This document shows, in pieces, positions 30,206 to 41,081 of a stretch of DNA of 64,000 bases. Numbering within the stretch: the stretch's first letter is position 1; each line of letters starts with the position of its first letter. Location of the stretch: assembly GCA_945890895.1 (NCBI GenBank), contig CAMDDG010000002.1, positions 40,048-104,047 on the forward strand, in the 5' to 3' direction. This DNA is from Chitinophaga pinensis (GTDB lineage Bacteria; Bacteroidota; Bacteroidia; NS11-12g; UBA955). The notes beneath the pieces are model-generated. The model searched no databases, was not told where the DNA came from, and saw only the letters and a list, made by a program, of their open reading frames with translations. Made by a program: the position numbers and the translations under genes.

Positions 30206-31423
30206 TCAAATTCCTATCACTTCAACTTCATTCCGAGTAATATCTTCTAAGGTTTCTTGTTTGCGAATTAAATGCGCCTTACCTTGATAAAACAGCACTT
30301 CTGCTGGACGCAATCGGGCATTATAATTATTGCTCATGGTATAAGCATAAGCACCCGAATTCTTGATTCTTAATATATCACCTTCCCGAACTTCTGCTAT
30401 TTTCCGGTCATATCCCAAAGTATCCGTTTCGCATATGTAACCTACAACGCTATACAATCGAGTCGTTGCCTTCGGATTACTGATATTCTCAATGTGGTGG
30501 TATGCGTCGTAAAACATAGGACGAATCAAATGGTTTTGACCACTATTAACACCAATAAATACAGTACTCGTAGTTTGTTTAATTACATTTGCCTTTACAA
30601 GCAATGAACCCGCCTCAGAAACGATAAATTTACCGGGTTCGAACCAAAGCTGTAATGGTCTTCCATAGCGCTCACAAAACGCTAGAAATGCCTCAGAAAT
30701 GCGATTTCCAATTTCCTCAATATCGGTAACAATATCACCTTCTTTATAAGGAACTTTAAATCCAGATCCAAAATCCATGAATTCCAAATCAGGGAATTGA
30801 TCAGCAGCTTCAAACAGCAACTCTGCCCCTCTTAAGAACACATCCGCATCCAAAATATCCGAACCTGTATGCATGTGAAGTCCATTAACATGTATTTTAT
30901 GCGATTCTATAACGCGCTGCACATGGCGTAATTGATAAATTGATATACCGAATTTTGAGTCAATATGTCCTACGGAAATATGCGAATGGCCACCAGCCAT
31001 GATATGGGGATTCAAACGAATGCAACAAGGCACAGAATTCCCGTATTCATTACCAAATTGTTCTAAAATTGAAATATTATCGATGTTAATTCGAACACCC
31101 AAGTCAACGGCTTGGCGAATTTCTTCAAAATCGACACAATTGGGAGTATACATAATCTGATCCGGTGTAAAACCAGCTCGGATTCCCAATTGAACTTCTT
31201 GAATGGAAACTGCGTCCAGCCCAGAACCTTGATTCTTGAGTATGCGCAAAATATTGATATTGTTTAACGCTTTCATGGCATAGTGCAAATGCACATCCAC
31301 TTGGCCAAAAGCCTTTTTCAAACGATTGTACTGATTTTCAATTTTCTCTCCATGGTACACATACAAAGGGGTACCGAATTCTTCAGCAATTTCTAATAGT
31401 TGTTTTGAATTTATGTCTTTCAT
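30206..31423 (-). CDS. lysA: Diaminopimelate decarboxylase
   Basis: GTPLYVYH, HYAMKALNN (PLP lysine), HMHTGS and EPGKFIV motifs. ATG at 31423 (MKDINSKQLL...) is preferred over the track extension, which runs across the secDF terminator. Confidence 0.92.
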   Translation of the reverse strand: MKDINSKQLLEIAEEFGTPLYVYHGEKIENQYNRLKKAFGQVDVHLHYAMKALNNINILRILKNQGSGLDAVSIQEVQLGIRAGFTPDQIMYTPNCVDFEEIRQAVDLGVRINIDNISILEQFGNEYGNSVPCCIRLNPHIMAGGHSHISVGHIDSKFGISIYQLRHVQRVIESHKIHVNGLHMHTGSDILDADVFLRGAELLFEAADQFPDLEFMDFGSGFKVPYKEGDIVTDIEEIGNRISEAFLAFCERYGRPLQLWFEPGKFIVSEAGSLLVKANVIKQTTSTVFIGVNSGQNHLIRPMFYDAYHHIENISNPKATTRLYSVVGYICETDTLGYDRKIAEVREGDILRIKNSGAYAYTMSNNYNARLRPAEVLFYQGKAHLIRKQETLEDITRNEVEVIGI

Positions 31424-31435
31424 TTTAATTTCTTT

Positions 31436-31448
31436 TTTTCGGGGGATG
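31436..31448 (+). repeat. Copy of the 13-mer TTTTCGGGGGATG (intergenic, 13 nt from the lysA ATG)
   Basis: Exact match in non-coding DNA between lysA and the secDF terminator. Confidence 0.85.
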
Positions 31449-31508
31449 ATTTTTCGTTCAAGAGATTGGGGAAGATTTTTTAAAGGAGTAAACTGGGGAT
31501 GATTATTC

Positions 31509-31538
31509 AAAAAAAAAGCGGGGTTTTTATACCCCGCT
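31509..31538 (-). terminator. Rho-independent terminator after secDF
   Basis: AGCGGGGT (31517-31524) pairs with ACCCCGCT (31531-31538). The A-run at 31509-31516 gives a U-tail on the minus strand. Confidence 0.75.
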
Positions 31539-31564
31539 TTTAATTGACTCGCAAGGTGCAAGGA

Positions 31565-34522
31565 TCAATTATCTTTTTTCTTAGAATTTACGTCAACAAC
31601 AATTGGAGTTGCAATGCAAATTGAAGAATATGTACCTACGATTACACCGATTAACAATGCCAATGAGAATCCTTTAAGTGCGTCACCACCAAAGATGAAC
31701 AACACCAACAATACGAAGAACACCGTTGCTGAAGTAATAATTGTACGGCTTAAAGTATCATTAATTGCATTATTGATTAATTTCTCATCGTTCATTTTAC
31801 CGCGGTTTTCGCCCAAGAATTCACGAATACGGTCAAATACAATTACCGTATCGTTTATTGAATAACCAATTAACGTTAACAACGCCGCAATTAAATGCTG
31901 ATCAAATTCGGTAGCGAAAGGCATAAAGCCATCGATGATGGCAAAAACACTTAATACCACAGCAACGTCGTGTATCAAAGCGATTGTTGCACCCAAACCG
32001 TAACCCACGCTTCTAAAACGTAAAACGATATATAGGAATATACCTACAATGGTCAATACCACAAGGAACGCACTTTTGTTTCTGGTTTCAGTTGCAATTG
32101 ATGCACCTACACTGGTTGTTTGCAATACTGGACTTTGAGTATCATCTGATTTAATCAATTCAAAACCGTTTAATGCAGCCAACAAATCAGTTTCCACCTG
32201 TTTGCGAGCTTCTTTAGAAGTCTCTTTGTATTTATAAGTTGTTACAATTTTAAATTGTCCTTCAGATCCGAAGGATTTAACTTCATTGCTTGAACCTTCT
32301 AATTTATCATCAAGGGTCTTTTTAATTTCTTCAGTACCGTAGTTTTTAGATGCGTCAAACTGAATTACGAATGCACTACCTCCTTTGAAATCGATACCTG
32401 TTGATATACCACCTTTAACAATAAATGCTGCTATACCCGCTACAATCACTAAGCCAGATGCCAAATAGTATTTCTTACGATTGCCAACGAAATCAATTTT
32501 TTTGCCTTTTAAGAAGTCTTTGTTCCATGATGTATCAAAAGAAATACTCTTACCTTTCGCAACACGACGCTCCAACATCAAACGAGTGATAAATAAAGCA
32601 GTAAACATGGAACTGAAAATACCAATTACTAAGATAACGGCGAAACCATATGCTGGACCCGAACCGGCAAAAGTTAATATGAAACCGGCCAATAAGGTTG
32701 TAATGTTTGAATCAACAATCGCACTTAACGCATGTTTGAAACCCAGATCAATTGCGGAACGAATTGCCTTACCTTGAGATAATTCATCTTTAATACGTTC
32801 ATAAATCAAAACGTTCGCGTCAACGGCCATACCCACGGTTAAGATGATACCTGCCATACCGGGCAATGTTAATGCAGCACCTAAGCTACTCAACACACCC
32901 ATAATCAAGAATACGTTACCTAATACCGCAACAATTGAAATCCAACCAGCACGATTATAGTAAAGAACCATGAACACGATAACCGATAAGAAACCGATTA
33001 ACAATGAATTCAAACCCTGTTTGATGGAAGCATCTCCCAAGGAAGGTCCTACGATTTCAGAAGCAACAATACGTGCAGGAGCAGGTAATTTACCCGCTTT
33101 CAAAACGTTTGCTAAATCTTGTGCTTCACGAATATCAAAATTTCCACTAATTTGTGAATTACCACCGGTAATTTTTTGATTTACCACAGGAGCAGAATAC
33201 ACGCGATTATCCAATACAATTGCAATGTATTTTCCAATATTAGCTCCAGTTACTTGAGCCCATTGAGAAGCTGCAGAAGCAGTCATCTGCATAGTTACTT
33301 CAATTTGACCCGTTTGATTGGTATTTTCACGTGCATCTTCAATGATGTTTTCATCACCAGAAGCTAAAGCTGCATTACCATCACGATCTCTTTTCAAGAA
33401 ATAAACAAAATAATCATCCGAGTTTGCTACTTCTTTTCCCGAAGCATCGTAATCAGCGGGTTTAGCACTATAAGCCACTTTAACCGCTGGTTCTAAAATA
33501 TTTTTAAACTGAGGTTGAGCAATGATTTTTTCTAACATTTCACGATCACCACCTTTAATGCTAGCAACCACTGGACCTTCACCTCTGCCGAATGGCTTTA
33601 AAATTGAAGCCAACGCGTTGTTCTTAGTGTTGTTGCTTGTAGCAGCAACATTGTTCGATGTTACTGAATCGTTGGATGCTAAACTATCGTTATTTAATGT
33701 ATCAGCAGCTGTGTTGTCAACAGCAGCAACCGCTGAACTATTACCTGCTTTCAACAAGTTGTTTAAAATACGAACCCCTTCAGCTCCGCTATACACTTCG
33801 TAAAACTCCAAGGCAGCACTCTTTTCTACCAAGTCTTCCATTCTGCGTGGATTATCAACACCAGGTAATTCAACACTGATACGACCACCATCAACTTCCT
33901 GAACAACGGGCTGAGTTACATTTGCTTGGTTAATACGCTTTTCAACAACGGATTTCACATTTGAAACGGCTGTAGAAATAGAACTTCTCAAATAATTAAT
34001 TACTTGAGCTTCAGATGCATCCGATTGAATGGAGGAACTATTTCCTTTAACAAATAAAACGGCCAACTTGCGGTCTTTAGCAACTGATTTAAATGAATTA
34101 ACAAAAGCAGTTACATACTCAGTACCTTTATCGCGTTCTTCAACATTCGCCATTTCTAATGCTTTCAACATATCTGCATCAGAAGGATCGTTTGCCAATA
34201 CTTTGATAATTGCGTCTTTCTCAACTTCCAAAATTACGTTCATACCCCCACGCAAATCCAGACCCAAATTGATTTCTTTTTGCTTACATTCAAAGTAGGT
34301 GTAGTCCACCATACCTAAGAAATTGTAATAAGGTTTGTTTCCTAAGCTGTCAATGTAACGGCGATAAGCATCTTTTTCACTGAATCCCATCTTGGCTTTT
34401 TTAGCCGCAAATTCCTTTGCTTCGCGCTCAAATCCCCTGGCTTTAAAAGTAAAGCTCAACTGGAATAAAGAAGCCAGCGCCAGAACGATGGAAAAAACTA
34501 CAAGCGATTTATTGTTTTTCAT
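31565..34522 (-). CDS. secDF: Protein translocase subunit SecDF (fusion)
   Basis: 985 aa. LGLDLRGGM, SecD and SecF transmembrane cores (GPSLG..., TLPGMAGIILTVGMAVDANVLIYERI; GYSINDTVIVFDRIRE). Confidence 0.95.
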   Translation of the reverse strand: MKNNKSLVVFSIVLALASLFQLSFTFKARGFEREAKEFAAKKAKMGFSEKDAYRRYIDSLGNKPYYNFLGMVDYTYFECKQKEINLGLDLRGGMNVILEVEKDAIIKVLANDPSDADMLKALEMANVEERDKGTEYVTAFVNSFKSVAKDRKLAVLFVKGNSSSIQSDASEAQVINYLRSSISTAVSNVKSVVEKRINQANVTQPVVQEVDGGRISVELPGVDNPRRMEDLVEKSAALEFYEVYSGAEGVRILNNLLKAGNSSAVAAVDNTAADTLNNDSLASNDSVTSNNVAATSNNTKNNALASILKPFGRGEGPVVASIKGGDREMLEKIIAQPQFKNILEPAVKVAYSAKPADYDASGKEVANSDDYFVYFLKRDRDGNAALASGDENIIEDARENTNQTGQIEVTMQMTASAASQWAQVTGANIGKYIAIVLDNRVYSAPVVNQKITGGNSQISGNFDIREAQDLANVLKAGKLPAPARIVASEIVGPSLGDASIKQGLNSLLIGFLSVIVFMVLYYNRAGWISIVAVLGNVFLIMGVLSSLGAALTLPGMAGIILTVGMAVDANVLIYERIKDELSQGKAIRSAIDLGFKHALSAIVDSNITTLLAGFILTFAGSGPAYGFAVILVIGIFSSMFTALFITRLMLERRVAKGKSISFDTSWNKDFLKGKKIDFVGNRKKYYLASGLVIVAGIAAFIVKGGISTGIDFKGGSAFVIQFDASKNYGTEEIKKTLDDKLEGSSNEVKSFGSEGQFKIVTTYKYKETSKEARKQVETDLLAALNGFELIKSDDTQSPVLQTTSVGASIATETRNKSAFLVVLTIVGIFLYIVLRFRSVGYGLGATIALIHDVAVVLSVFAIIDGFMPFATEFDQHLIAALLTLIGYSINDTVIVFDRIREFLGENRGKMNDEKLINNAINDTLSRTIITSATVFFVLLVLFIFGGDALKGFSLALLIGVIVGTYSSICIATPIVVDVNSKKKDN

Positions 34523-34610
34523 TATTTCTTATTTTCGTTTTTGGTCAAATTGCATTTTAAGGTTGCGAAAATAACGAAAAATTCGATGTTTCACGCTATC
34601 CAATAATGGA

Positions 34611-35663
34611 TTATAAATATTTTTCCATTGTGGTGCGAATTGACTGAGAATCTTGGTCCATCATACAACGAAAATGTTTATTTGGACACGCTTTAAAACC
34701 CAACTTAGAACAGGGCCTACAACTCAAATCTAACACATTAAAATGATGAGCATTAGCTTCCTCTTTTACAGGCGGTACCATTCCAAAATCTGGAACGGTA
34801 TTTCCCCAAATCATAATTAAATTGCATCCCAAGGCTGCTGCAATATGTGCCATTCCGGTGTCTCCCGAAACAACAACTCTGGACTTGGCTGCTACCCAAG
34901 CCGAATCATTTAAATTAAGTTTGCCGCAGTAATTAATAATGTTAAGGACGCTATTTGAATTCGCTAGCTGTATCTTTTCCTCCAATTGATCCGCCAAACT
35001 CACTTCGCTTGGCCCCCCTAACAGCACAATATTTCCCTCGAGTTTTTGCACAATTTCCAAAAGTAGTTCTAGTGGCATCTGTTTGGTAGCATACGTTCCA
35101 CCCAAAACCAAAGCAGCGAATTTTTGTGGAAGTTCTATGGGTTGATGGGGTTCTTCCACATAAAAATTCAATTCCAAATCACTCTTGAATATTTCACAAT
35201 CTTCGCTCCTTTCATTTAAATCTTTCACCAAGCCTAAATTCCGAACAACAATATTCTCTACGGCAAATCCGTTAAACTTTTGTTGAACCCAAGACAATCG
35301 CGTTGCAAAATTCAACAAACGAGACTGCGTTCGCCCAACAATCAGTGCTTTTAAGAAATTTTCCTTATTTAAAACTCGAATTGGTACTCCCCAAAATCGC
35401 AATTTCACGATTCGGGAGCGAAGATTATTATGTAAATCAACGATTAAATCGTACTCCGATTTAAACAATTCAGTCCGATCTTCCTCATTTTCCCATTCAA
35501 AAACACGATCCAAATTCGGGTTCCCATTTACTACGTGTTTAAATTTACTCTTGGTTAAAAAATGCACTTCCGATTCGGGCAAATTCGACTTTATCCATCG
35601 AAAAACTGGCGTGCACAATACAATATCACCAATGGAACTGAATCGGATAACCAGAATCTTCAT
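34611..35663 (-). CDS. Glycosyltransferase family 9 (heptosyltransferase-like)
   Basis: MKILVIRFSSIGDIVLCTP and GDTGMAHIAAALG motifs. The ATG overlaps the upstream PolX stop codon by 1 nt. Confidence 0.85.
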   Translation of the reverse strand: MKILVIRFSSIGDIVLCTPVFRWIKSNLPESEVHFLTKSKFKHVVNGNPNLDRVFEWENEEDRTELFKSEYDLIVDLHNNLRSRIVKLRFWGVPIRVLNKENFLKALIVGRTQSRLLNFATRLSWVQQKFNGFAVENIVVRNLGLVKDLNERSEDCEIFKSDLELNFYVEEPHQPIELPQKFAALVLGGTYATKQMPLELLLEIVQKLEGNIVLLGGPSEVSLADQLEEKIQLANSNSVLNIINYCGKLNLNDSAWVAAKSRVVVSGDTGMAHIAAALGCNLIMIWGNTVPDFGMVPPVKEEANAHHFNVLDLSCRPCSKLGFKACPNKHFRCMMDQDSQSIRTTMEKYL

Positions 35664-37351
35664 TAAATCCCTTTTTTGAATCTTCTTTGTTCCAAAAACT
35701 GCTCGAATTCATCTAAACTTAGTGCGTTCAATGTGTTCTGCAGAAGCAATCCCCCTTTACGAGCTGCTAAAGTGCCGAAGTACATATCTCCGTAGCCCGA
35801 TTTTTCATGTGCATCTGGATTAATACTGATTTTCACACCCTTTTTTTGAGCATACTGAAGCCAAGTCCAGTCTATATCCAATCTGTAAGGATGTGCATTT
35901 AACTCAATTACTACTTCATTAGCAGCACAAGCATCGATTATTTTTTGATGATTTATGGGATACCCTTCACGCAATAATAATAGTCGGCCAGTAGGATGTC
36001 CTAAAATTGTGGTATACGGATTCTCTATGGCTCGCATCAGTCGCATCTCGGCTTTTTCTTGTTCCATTTTCAAACCGCTATGAATCGATGCAACCACAAA
36101 ATCCAATAATTTTAATATTTCATCGGGATAGTCCAAACTTCCATCGGATAGAATATCACTTTCTACTCCTTTGAAAATTTTAAAAGGAGCCAATTTTTCA
36201 TTTAATTGATCAATTTCATTCATTTGAGCAATCAATCTTTCAGAACTTAAACCACGAGCATAGGCAGCCGATTTTGAATGATCGCAAATGCCTAAATACT
36301 GATATTTTTCATACTTTGCGAATTCAGCCATTTCACTCAACGTATTTAATCCATCCGAATACGTGGTGTGGTTATGTAGCACCCCTTTTAAGTGCCAAAA
36401 TTCAATGTAGTCACCCCTTAAATAATCCGATTCCAATTCGTCGAGTCCCTCACGCTGTTCAGGAATAACGTACGAATATCCCTTTGATTGATACATTTCC
36501 TCTTCAGAACTAAATGCGGTTTGGCCCGATATATATCCCAACTTCGCTAAGTGCGTATCACTTCCCGTTATCTCAAAATGGACTCGGTCAAAATCCTGCA
36601 TTTCAACACAATGTATAACAACTGGATATTGTCCTAAAAGTGTTAATACCACCTTTTCAAAACCCGATGAATCAATTAAATCACCACCTGATTGAACTTC
36701 CTTGTTATTTTTTACTAAAAACTCCGTTAATTCTCCATGCGGCAAATCTGTAATCAATTCAATTTCAGACAGTATCGTTGAACATCGACGCATTGCACCC
36801 GTAATTTCTATTTTATTTTGGGGGAAGCTAGACTTGATTTCAGACACCAATTCCGATGCCGGACCTAACAAGCGGGCATAATGCCAATTCCCTTGTGAAA
36901 TCAATGAAAATTCTATTGCATGAGCTACTTCAGATTGTGTTTTTAATCCAAAACCTTTGGCTTCAACGAGGCGATTCTGACGACAAGCGTCTAATAAATC
37001 AGCAACCGTATCTATTTCCATTTCCTTCCAAATAATGGATACTTTTTTGGGACCTAATCCTTTAATTCTAAGCATTTCTACAATGCCTGATGGTGTGATT
37101 TCGAGTAACTTTTCCAAATCCGAAAATGTTCCCGATGCTCCCATTTCACGAATGCTTTCTACCACTCCTTTCCCCACCCCAGGTATAGCGGTTAATTCGG
37201 CATCCGAAAATTGTAAATACGGTTCTTTAATTTTCTTCAAATTGAATGCCGCATTCGCATACGCCTTGATTTTAAAAGCATTTTGGCCGTGAAGCTCTCC
37301 CAATTTAGCATAGAGATTCAGCTTCGATAATATGTCAGAATTGTCGGTCAT
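35663..37351 (-). CDS. PolX-family protein (HhH + PolX core + PHP domain)
   Basis: HhH motifs (IPGVGKGV; IKGLGPKK), GAMRRCSTILSEIELI and ITGS. PHP motifs are HNHTTYSDG, GICDHS, ESDI, VASIH, LGHPTGRLL, ELNAHP and NPDAHE. Confidence 0.85.
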   Translation of the reverse strand: MTDNSDILSKLNLYAKLGELHGQNAFKIKAYANAAFNLKKIKEPYLQFSDAELTAIPGVGKGVVESIREMGASGTFSDLEKLLEITPSGIVEMLRIKGLGPKKVSIIWKEMEIDTVADLLDACRQNRLVEAKGFGLKTQSEVAHAIEFSLISQGNWHYARLLGPASELVSEIKSSFPQNKIEITGAMRRCSTILSEIELITDLPHGELTEFLVKNNKEVQSGGDLIDSSGFEKVVLTLLGQYPVVIHCVEMQDFDRVHFEITGSDTHLAKLGYISGQTAFSSEEEMYQSKGYSYVIPEQREGLDELESDYLRGDYIEFWHLKGVLHNHTTYSDGLNTLSEMAEFAKYEKYQYLGICDHSKSAAYARGLSSERLIAQMNEIDQLNEKLAPFKIFKGVESDILSDGSLDYPDEILKLLDFVVASIHSGLKMEQEKAEMRLMRAIENPYTTILGHPTGRLLLLREGYPINHQKIIDACAANEVVIELNAHPYRLDIDWTWLQYAQKKGVKISINPDAHEKSGYGDMYFGTLAARKGGLLLQNTLNALSLDEFEQFLEQRRFKKGI

Positions 37352-37418
37352 GAAAAGCAGAATAAACGGGAAGTTACAAAAGTCCTAACAATTAATCAAC
37401 TTGAATTTTATCATTTAA

Positions 37419-38552
37419 TTAATCCACCAAATCAGAAATTTTCTGAGCAACCAATGCGCTTAAAGCGACACCCATGCCGCCCATTCGAACTCCTAAATAT
37501 AAATTCTCAGCACGTTGTTCAATAATAGGTAAACGGCTATTAGACATACCCATAATACCCGCCCATTGATGATCAATTTCCACTTTTGCATACGGCGCAA
37601 TGATTTCCGTTATCCATTGGGTCAAAGACGCAACCAATTTGTCGTTCGAAATGGATTCTGTGGTTTCTTCCTCTTTAAATGCCAAATTTCTGGCTCCACC
37701 AATTAAAATCCGTGAACCCAATGAACGGAAGTAGATGTAACCTTTATCAGCATGAAAAATTCCCCTAAATGTTAACTCTGGAATGGGTTTTGTAACTAAA
37801 ACTTGCCCTCTAGCTGGCAAGACTTCTTCGTTTTCTAATAGCCATCGAGTATACCCATTGGTGCATATCACCAATTTTTGTGCTTCAATTTCAAAATGGT
37901 TGGTATTGTGTCCCCCGCTGGTACACGTTAATTTCCATTTTTTTGAGGGAAGATGTTCTAGTTGTCCAACTTGAATACCGCTAAACAATTCAACTCCCGA
38001 TGAAACAGCATGTTTTCTCACAGTTTCATACAATAAATGCGATTGAATTGCACCTTCCAACGGTGAATAAATGGCATGAGAATGAATTTTCATACCTAAT
38101 TTAGTCAGGTCTTTTAATTTAAATGCTGGAGTATCATGAAATTGAAGGAGTCCACGATTTAAATCATCGATTTTATTAGCAACTACTTCGAAATCATTTG
38201 CATTTGTAAATATTTCATTTCCTCCAGAATTTTCGTAACCAATTACAGTTTGACCGTATTTCTGAATCAGTTTCGTTAGACCTTGATAGCGCATTCCATA
38301 TAGAGAAAGTGCATTATCTAAACCCATTCGTTCGGCATCATCCAGGATTTCACCCGCCGATCCGAAGCAAGCAAATCCCGCATTTCGAACTGAAGCGGCA
38401 TCCCCCAAAACAGAAGATTCTAAAACCCAAATCTTCCGATGTGGAAATTTATTTTTCAGTTCTGTGGCAGTTTGCAATCCCACCAATCCACCACCAACTA
38501 CAACGATATCGGCTTTATCTAACCAGCGTTGTTCCCAGAAACTTAAAGCCAT
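37419..38552 (-). CDS. FAD-dependent oxidoreductase (DAO family)
   Basis: N-terminal Rossmann motif DIVVVGGGLVGLQTA. About 377 aa. C-terminal GMGGMGVAL. Confidence 0.8.
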   Translation of the reverse strand: MALSFWEQRWLDKADIVVVGGGLVGLQTATELKNKFPHRKIWVLESSVLGDAASVRNAGFACFGSAGEILDDAERMGLDNALSLYGMRYQGLTKLIQKYGQTVIGYENSGGNEIFTNANDFEVVANKIDDLNRGLLQFHDTPAFKLKDLTKLGMKIHSHAIYSPLEGAIQSHLLYETVRKHAVSSGVELFSGIQVGQLEHLPSKKWKLTCTSGGHNTNHFEIEAQKLVICTNGYTRWLLENEEVLPARGQVLVTKPIPELTFRGIFHADKGYIYFRSLGSRILIGGARNLAFKEEETTESISNDKLVASLTQWITEIIAPYAKVEIDHQWAGIMGMSNSRLPIIEQRAENLYLGVRMGGMGVALSALVAQKISDLVD

Positions 38553-38647
38553 ATCTTTCGTATTAATTGTTCTCGTTTACAAAAATCCGTACCTCATAGT
38601 TCCACTCTTCATACGTTTAGAATAGCGGACTTTTTGCAAAATTATAT

Positions 38648-40864
38648 TTATGCTAATTTCTCTGCAATGGAATTCTGGTATGTATGTTTGAATGAATCCA
38701 AACTTCCCCAATTCTGACCATTAATAATCACTTCGTTGGATGTTACAGTACCTATATGCAGTGCGGGCAATGAATATTTTGTTGCAAGCTCTTGTATTGA
38801 TAACCATTTGTCAGCACTCAAACTAAGTACTACACGACTTTGAGATTCACCAAACAACCAAGCGTCTAAGCGCACTGAATTATCAGAGCAAATATCAAAT
38901 CCTTTTCCACCGGCCATAGCACTTTCCGCACAGGCAACAAAAAGACCACCTTCAGAAATATCGTGTACGGAATTAACCAATCCAGCACCAGCTAAATCTC
39001 CTAAAAATTGATGCAATTGGTATTCTACTTCCAAATCAAAATCTGGGCAATTTGAATACTCAATTCCCAATAATTTCGCAGCATATTGTGAACTTCCAAT
39101 ATCGTTTTTGGTGTTTCCAATCAACACGATCATATCACCTTCGTTCTTAAAATTCAACGACAACACATGATCTTCATCTTCAATAATACCAACCATTCCG
39201 ATGGTAGGGGTTGGATACACAGCCTGACCGTTGGTACTTTGGTTGTAGAAACTCACGTTTCCACCGGTTACTGGCGTATCGAATTTACGACAAGCCACTC
39301 CCATTCCTTCAATGGCTGATTTAAATTGGAAATAAACCTCTTCATTATACGGATTACCAAAATTCAAACAGTTGGTAATTGCAGTTGGAACACCACCCGT
39401 ACAGCGAATATTTCTAGCTGCCTCAGATACCGCAATTTGAGTTCCGATATTCGGATCAGCAAAAATATAGCGGCTATTACAATCCACAGTTAAAGCCAAA
39501 CTCTTTTGGGTGCCCTTAATTTTCACAACAGCAGCATCGGATGGTCTATTCGTGGACTGATTCACGGTTCCCACCATGGAATCGTATTGCTCATAAATCC
39601 ATCTTTTGGAAGCGATATTGGGCAATCCCATTAATTTATTTGCAACATGTTGTGCTTCTTGCAAAGAAATGTCATTAACATTTTCAATGGAGAATTTATT
39701 GATTTCCTGCAAATAAGCGGGCTCTTTCCAAGTTCTTTTGTAAACTGGAGCACCTCCACCTAAAACCAATGATTCTGCTGGAATATCTGCTTCAAGCTCA
39801 CCATGCATGTAATAACGTACACGACCGGTATCAGTAACCATACCAATTTGAGCATAAGTCAATTCCCATTTCTGGAAAATCTTTTCCATTTCCGCTTCCC
39901 TGCCCTTCTCTACGATGACCAACATACGTTCTTGACTTTCAGAAAGCAGAAGCTCCCATCCTTTCATGTCCGCTTGGCGCATAGGAACTTTATCCAATTG
40001 AATATCCATTCCCACGCCTGTTTTTGCACTCATTTCAGAAGTACTGCACGTAATACCTGCTGCCCCCATATCCTGCATTCCTACTACGGCTCCTGTTTCA
40101 ATAATTTCCATACTGGCCTCAAGAATCAACTTCTCCCAGAAGGGGTCTCCCACCTGTACAGAAGGCAAATCATTGATGGAGTCTTCACTCATATCCTTAG
40201 AAGCAAAAGCAGCACCATGAATTCCATCTTTACCCGTTGCCGACCCAAATATATACACGGGGTTGCCTGGTGATCCAGCTCCGGCAGAAATGTTTTTACC
40301 TACTTCCACCAAGCCCACACTCATGGCATTGACTAAAATATTTTGCTCATAACAGTCGTCGAAATACACTTCTCCACCTACCGTTGGAATTCCAAAAGCA
40401 TTACCATAATCACCAATTCCTTTTACCACTCCTTTCACCAACCACTTGGTTCTATCGGTATCAATATTACCAAAGCGCAATGAGTTTAATTGTGCAATTG
40501 GACGAGCACCCATCGAGAAAATATCGCGATTGATTCCTCCAACACCCGTTGCAGCTCCTTGATAGGGCTCAATAGCACTAGGATGGTTATGACTTTCGAT
40601 TTTAAAACAACATGCTAGACCATCTCCAATATCCACCAAACCTGCGTTCTCTTCTCCAGCTTCGGCCAACATTTTACTGCCTTCTTTGGGAAGTGTTTTT
40701 AACCAAACGATGGAGTTTTTGTAACTACAATGTTCGCTCCACATTACAGAAAAAATAGATAATTCTGTAAAATTGGGTTCACGGTCAAGGATTTGACAGA
40801 TTTTGTCGTATTCTTCCTTCAATAATCCCAATTGAAGGGCTTGTTCTAGCAACGATGAGTTCAT
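38648..40864 (-). CDS. purL: Phosphoribosylformylglycinamidine synthase subunit PurL (FGAM synthase II)
   Basis: [30 protein letters not shown] and duplicated AIR-synthase-like domains. 738 aa. Confidence 0.96.
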   Translation of the reverse strand: MNSSLLEQALQLGLLKEEYDKICQILDREPNFTELSIFSVMWSEHCSYKNSIVWLKTLPKEGSKMLAEAGEENAGLVDIGDGLACCFKIESHNHPSAIEPYQGAATGVGGINRDIFSMGARPIAQLNSLRFGNIDTDRTKWLVKGVVKGIGDYGNAFGIPTVGGEVYFDDCYEQNILVNAMSVGLVEVGKNISAGAGSPGNPVYIFGSATGKDGIHGAAFASKDMSEDSINDLPSVQVGDPFWEKLILEASMEIIETGAVVGMQDMGAAGITCSTSEMSAKTGVGMDIQLDKVPMRQADMKGWELLLSESQERMLVIVEKGREAEMEKIFQKWELTYAQIGMVTDTGRVRYYMHGELEADIPAESLVLGGGAPVYKRTWKEPAYLQEINKFSIENVNDISLQEAQHVANKLMGLPNIASKRWIYEQYDSMVGTVNQSTNRPSDAAVVKIKGTQKSLALTVDCNSRYIFADPNIGTQIAVSEAARNIRCTGGVPTAITNCLNFGNPYNEEVYFQFKSAIEGMGVACRKFDTPVTGGNVSFYNQSTNGQAVYPTPTIGMVGIIEDEDHVLSLNFKNEGDMIVLIGNTKNDIGSSQYAAKLLGIEYSNCPDFDLEVEYQLHQFLGDLAGAGLVNSVHDISEGGLFVACAESAMAGGKGFDICSDNSVRLDAWLFGESQSRVVLSLSADKWLSIQELATKYSLPALHIGTVTSNEVIINGQNWGSLDSFKHTYQNSIAEKLA

Positions 40865-40869
40865 CGATA

Positions 40870-40877
40870 CAAATTTA
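40870..40877 (-). promoter_or_regulatory. Candidate -7 box TAAATTTG, 5 nt upstream of the purL ATG
   Basis: CAAATTTA on the plus strand. Confidence 0.45.
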
Positions 40878-40952
40878 GTATCAAAGCATAGGAAAAACCT
40901 AACAACTTATCTACTAAATTCGATTGTGGTAGGGGAAATACGATTTTTAATA

Positions 40953-40965
40953 TTTTCGGGGGATG
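40953..40965 (+). repeat. Copy of the 13-mer TTTTCGGGGGATG (intergenic, upstream of purL)
   Basis: Exact match in non-coding DNA. Confidence 0.85.
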
Positions 40966-41081
40966 AAAACCCGCGTTGTTTGTACAATACAGTAACCTAA
41001 AAGCGCCCGAGTAATAGAATAGAATTGAAAATAAGTAATTTAAGTTCTATTGGATTTCAAATATTTTGAATGACTTCTAAA

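Noticed and set aside
30206-31561. The ORF track gives N-terminal extensions for several genes: dcd to 1163, yidC to 9216, the cargo gene to 18874, the lptD-like gene from 19863, susC from 24280, lysA to 31561, the permease to 56446 and tsaD from 60995.
   Set aside because: Most extensions begin at TTG. They run across terminators, -7 boxes or neighbouring genes. Internal ATGs give N-termini that match the expected family starts or signal peptides.
31424-31564. A lysine riboswitch upstream of lysA and a purine or ZTP riboswitch upstream of purL (40865..41081) were considered.
   Set aside because: The lysA leader is too short and is mostly occupied by the secDF terminator. Neither region shows the conserved helices or core motifs of these riboswitch classes by eye.
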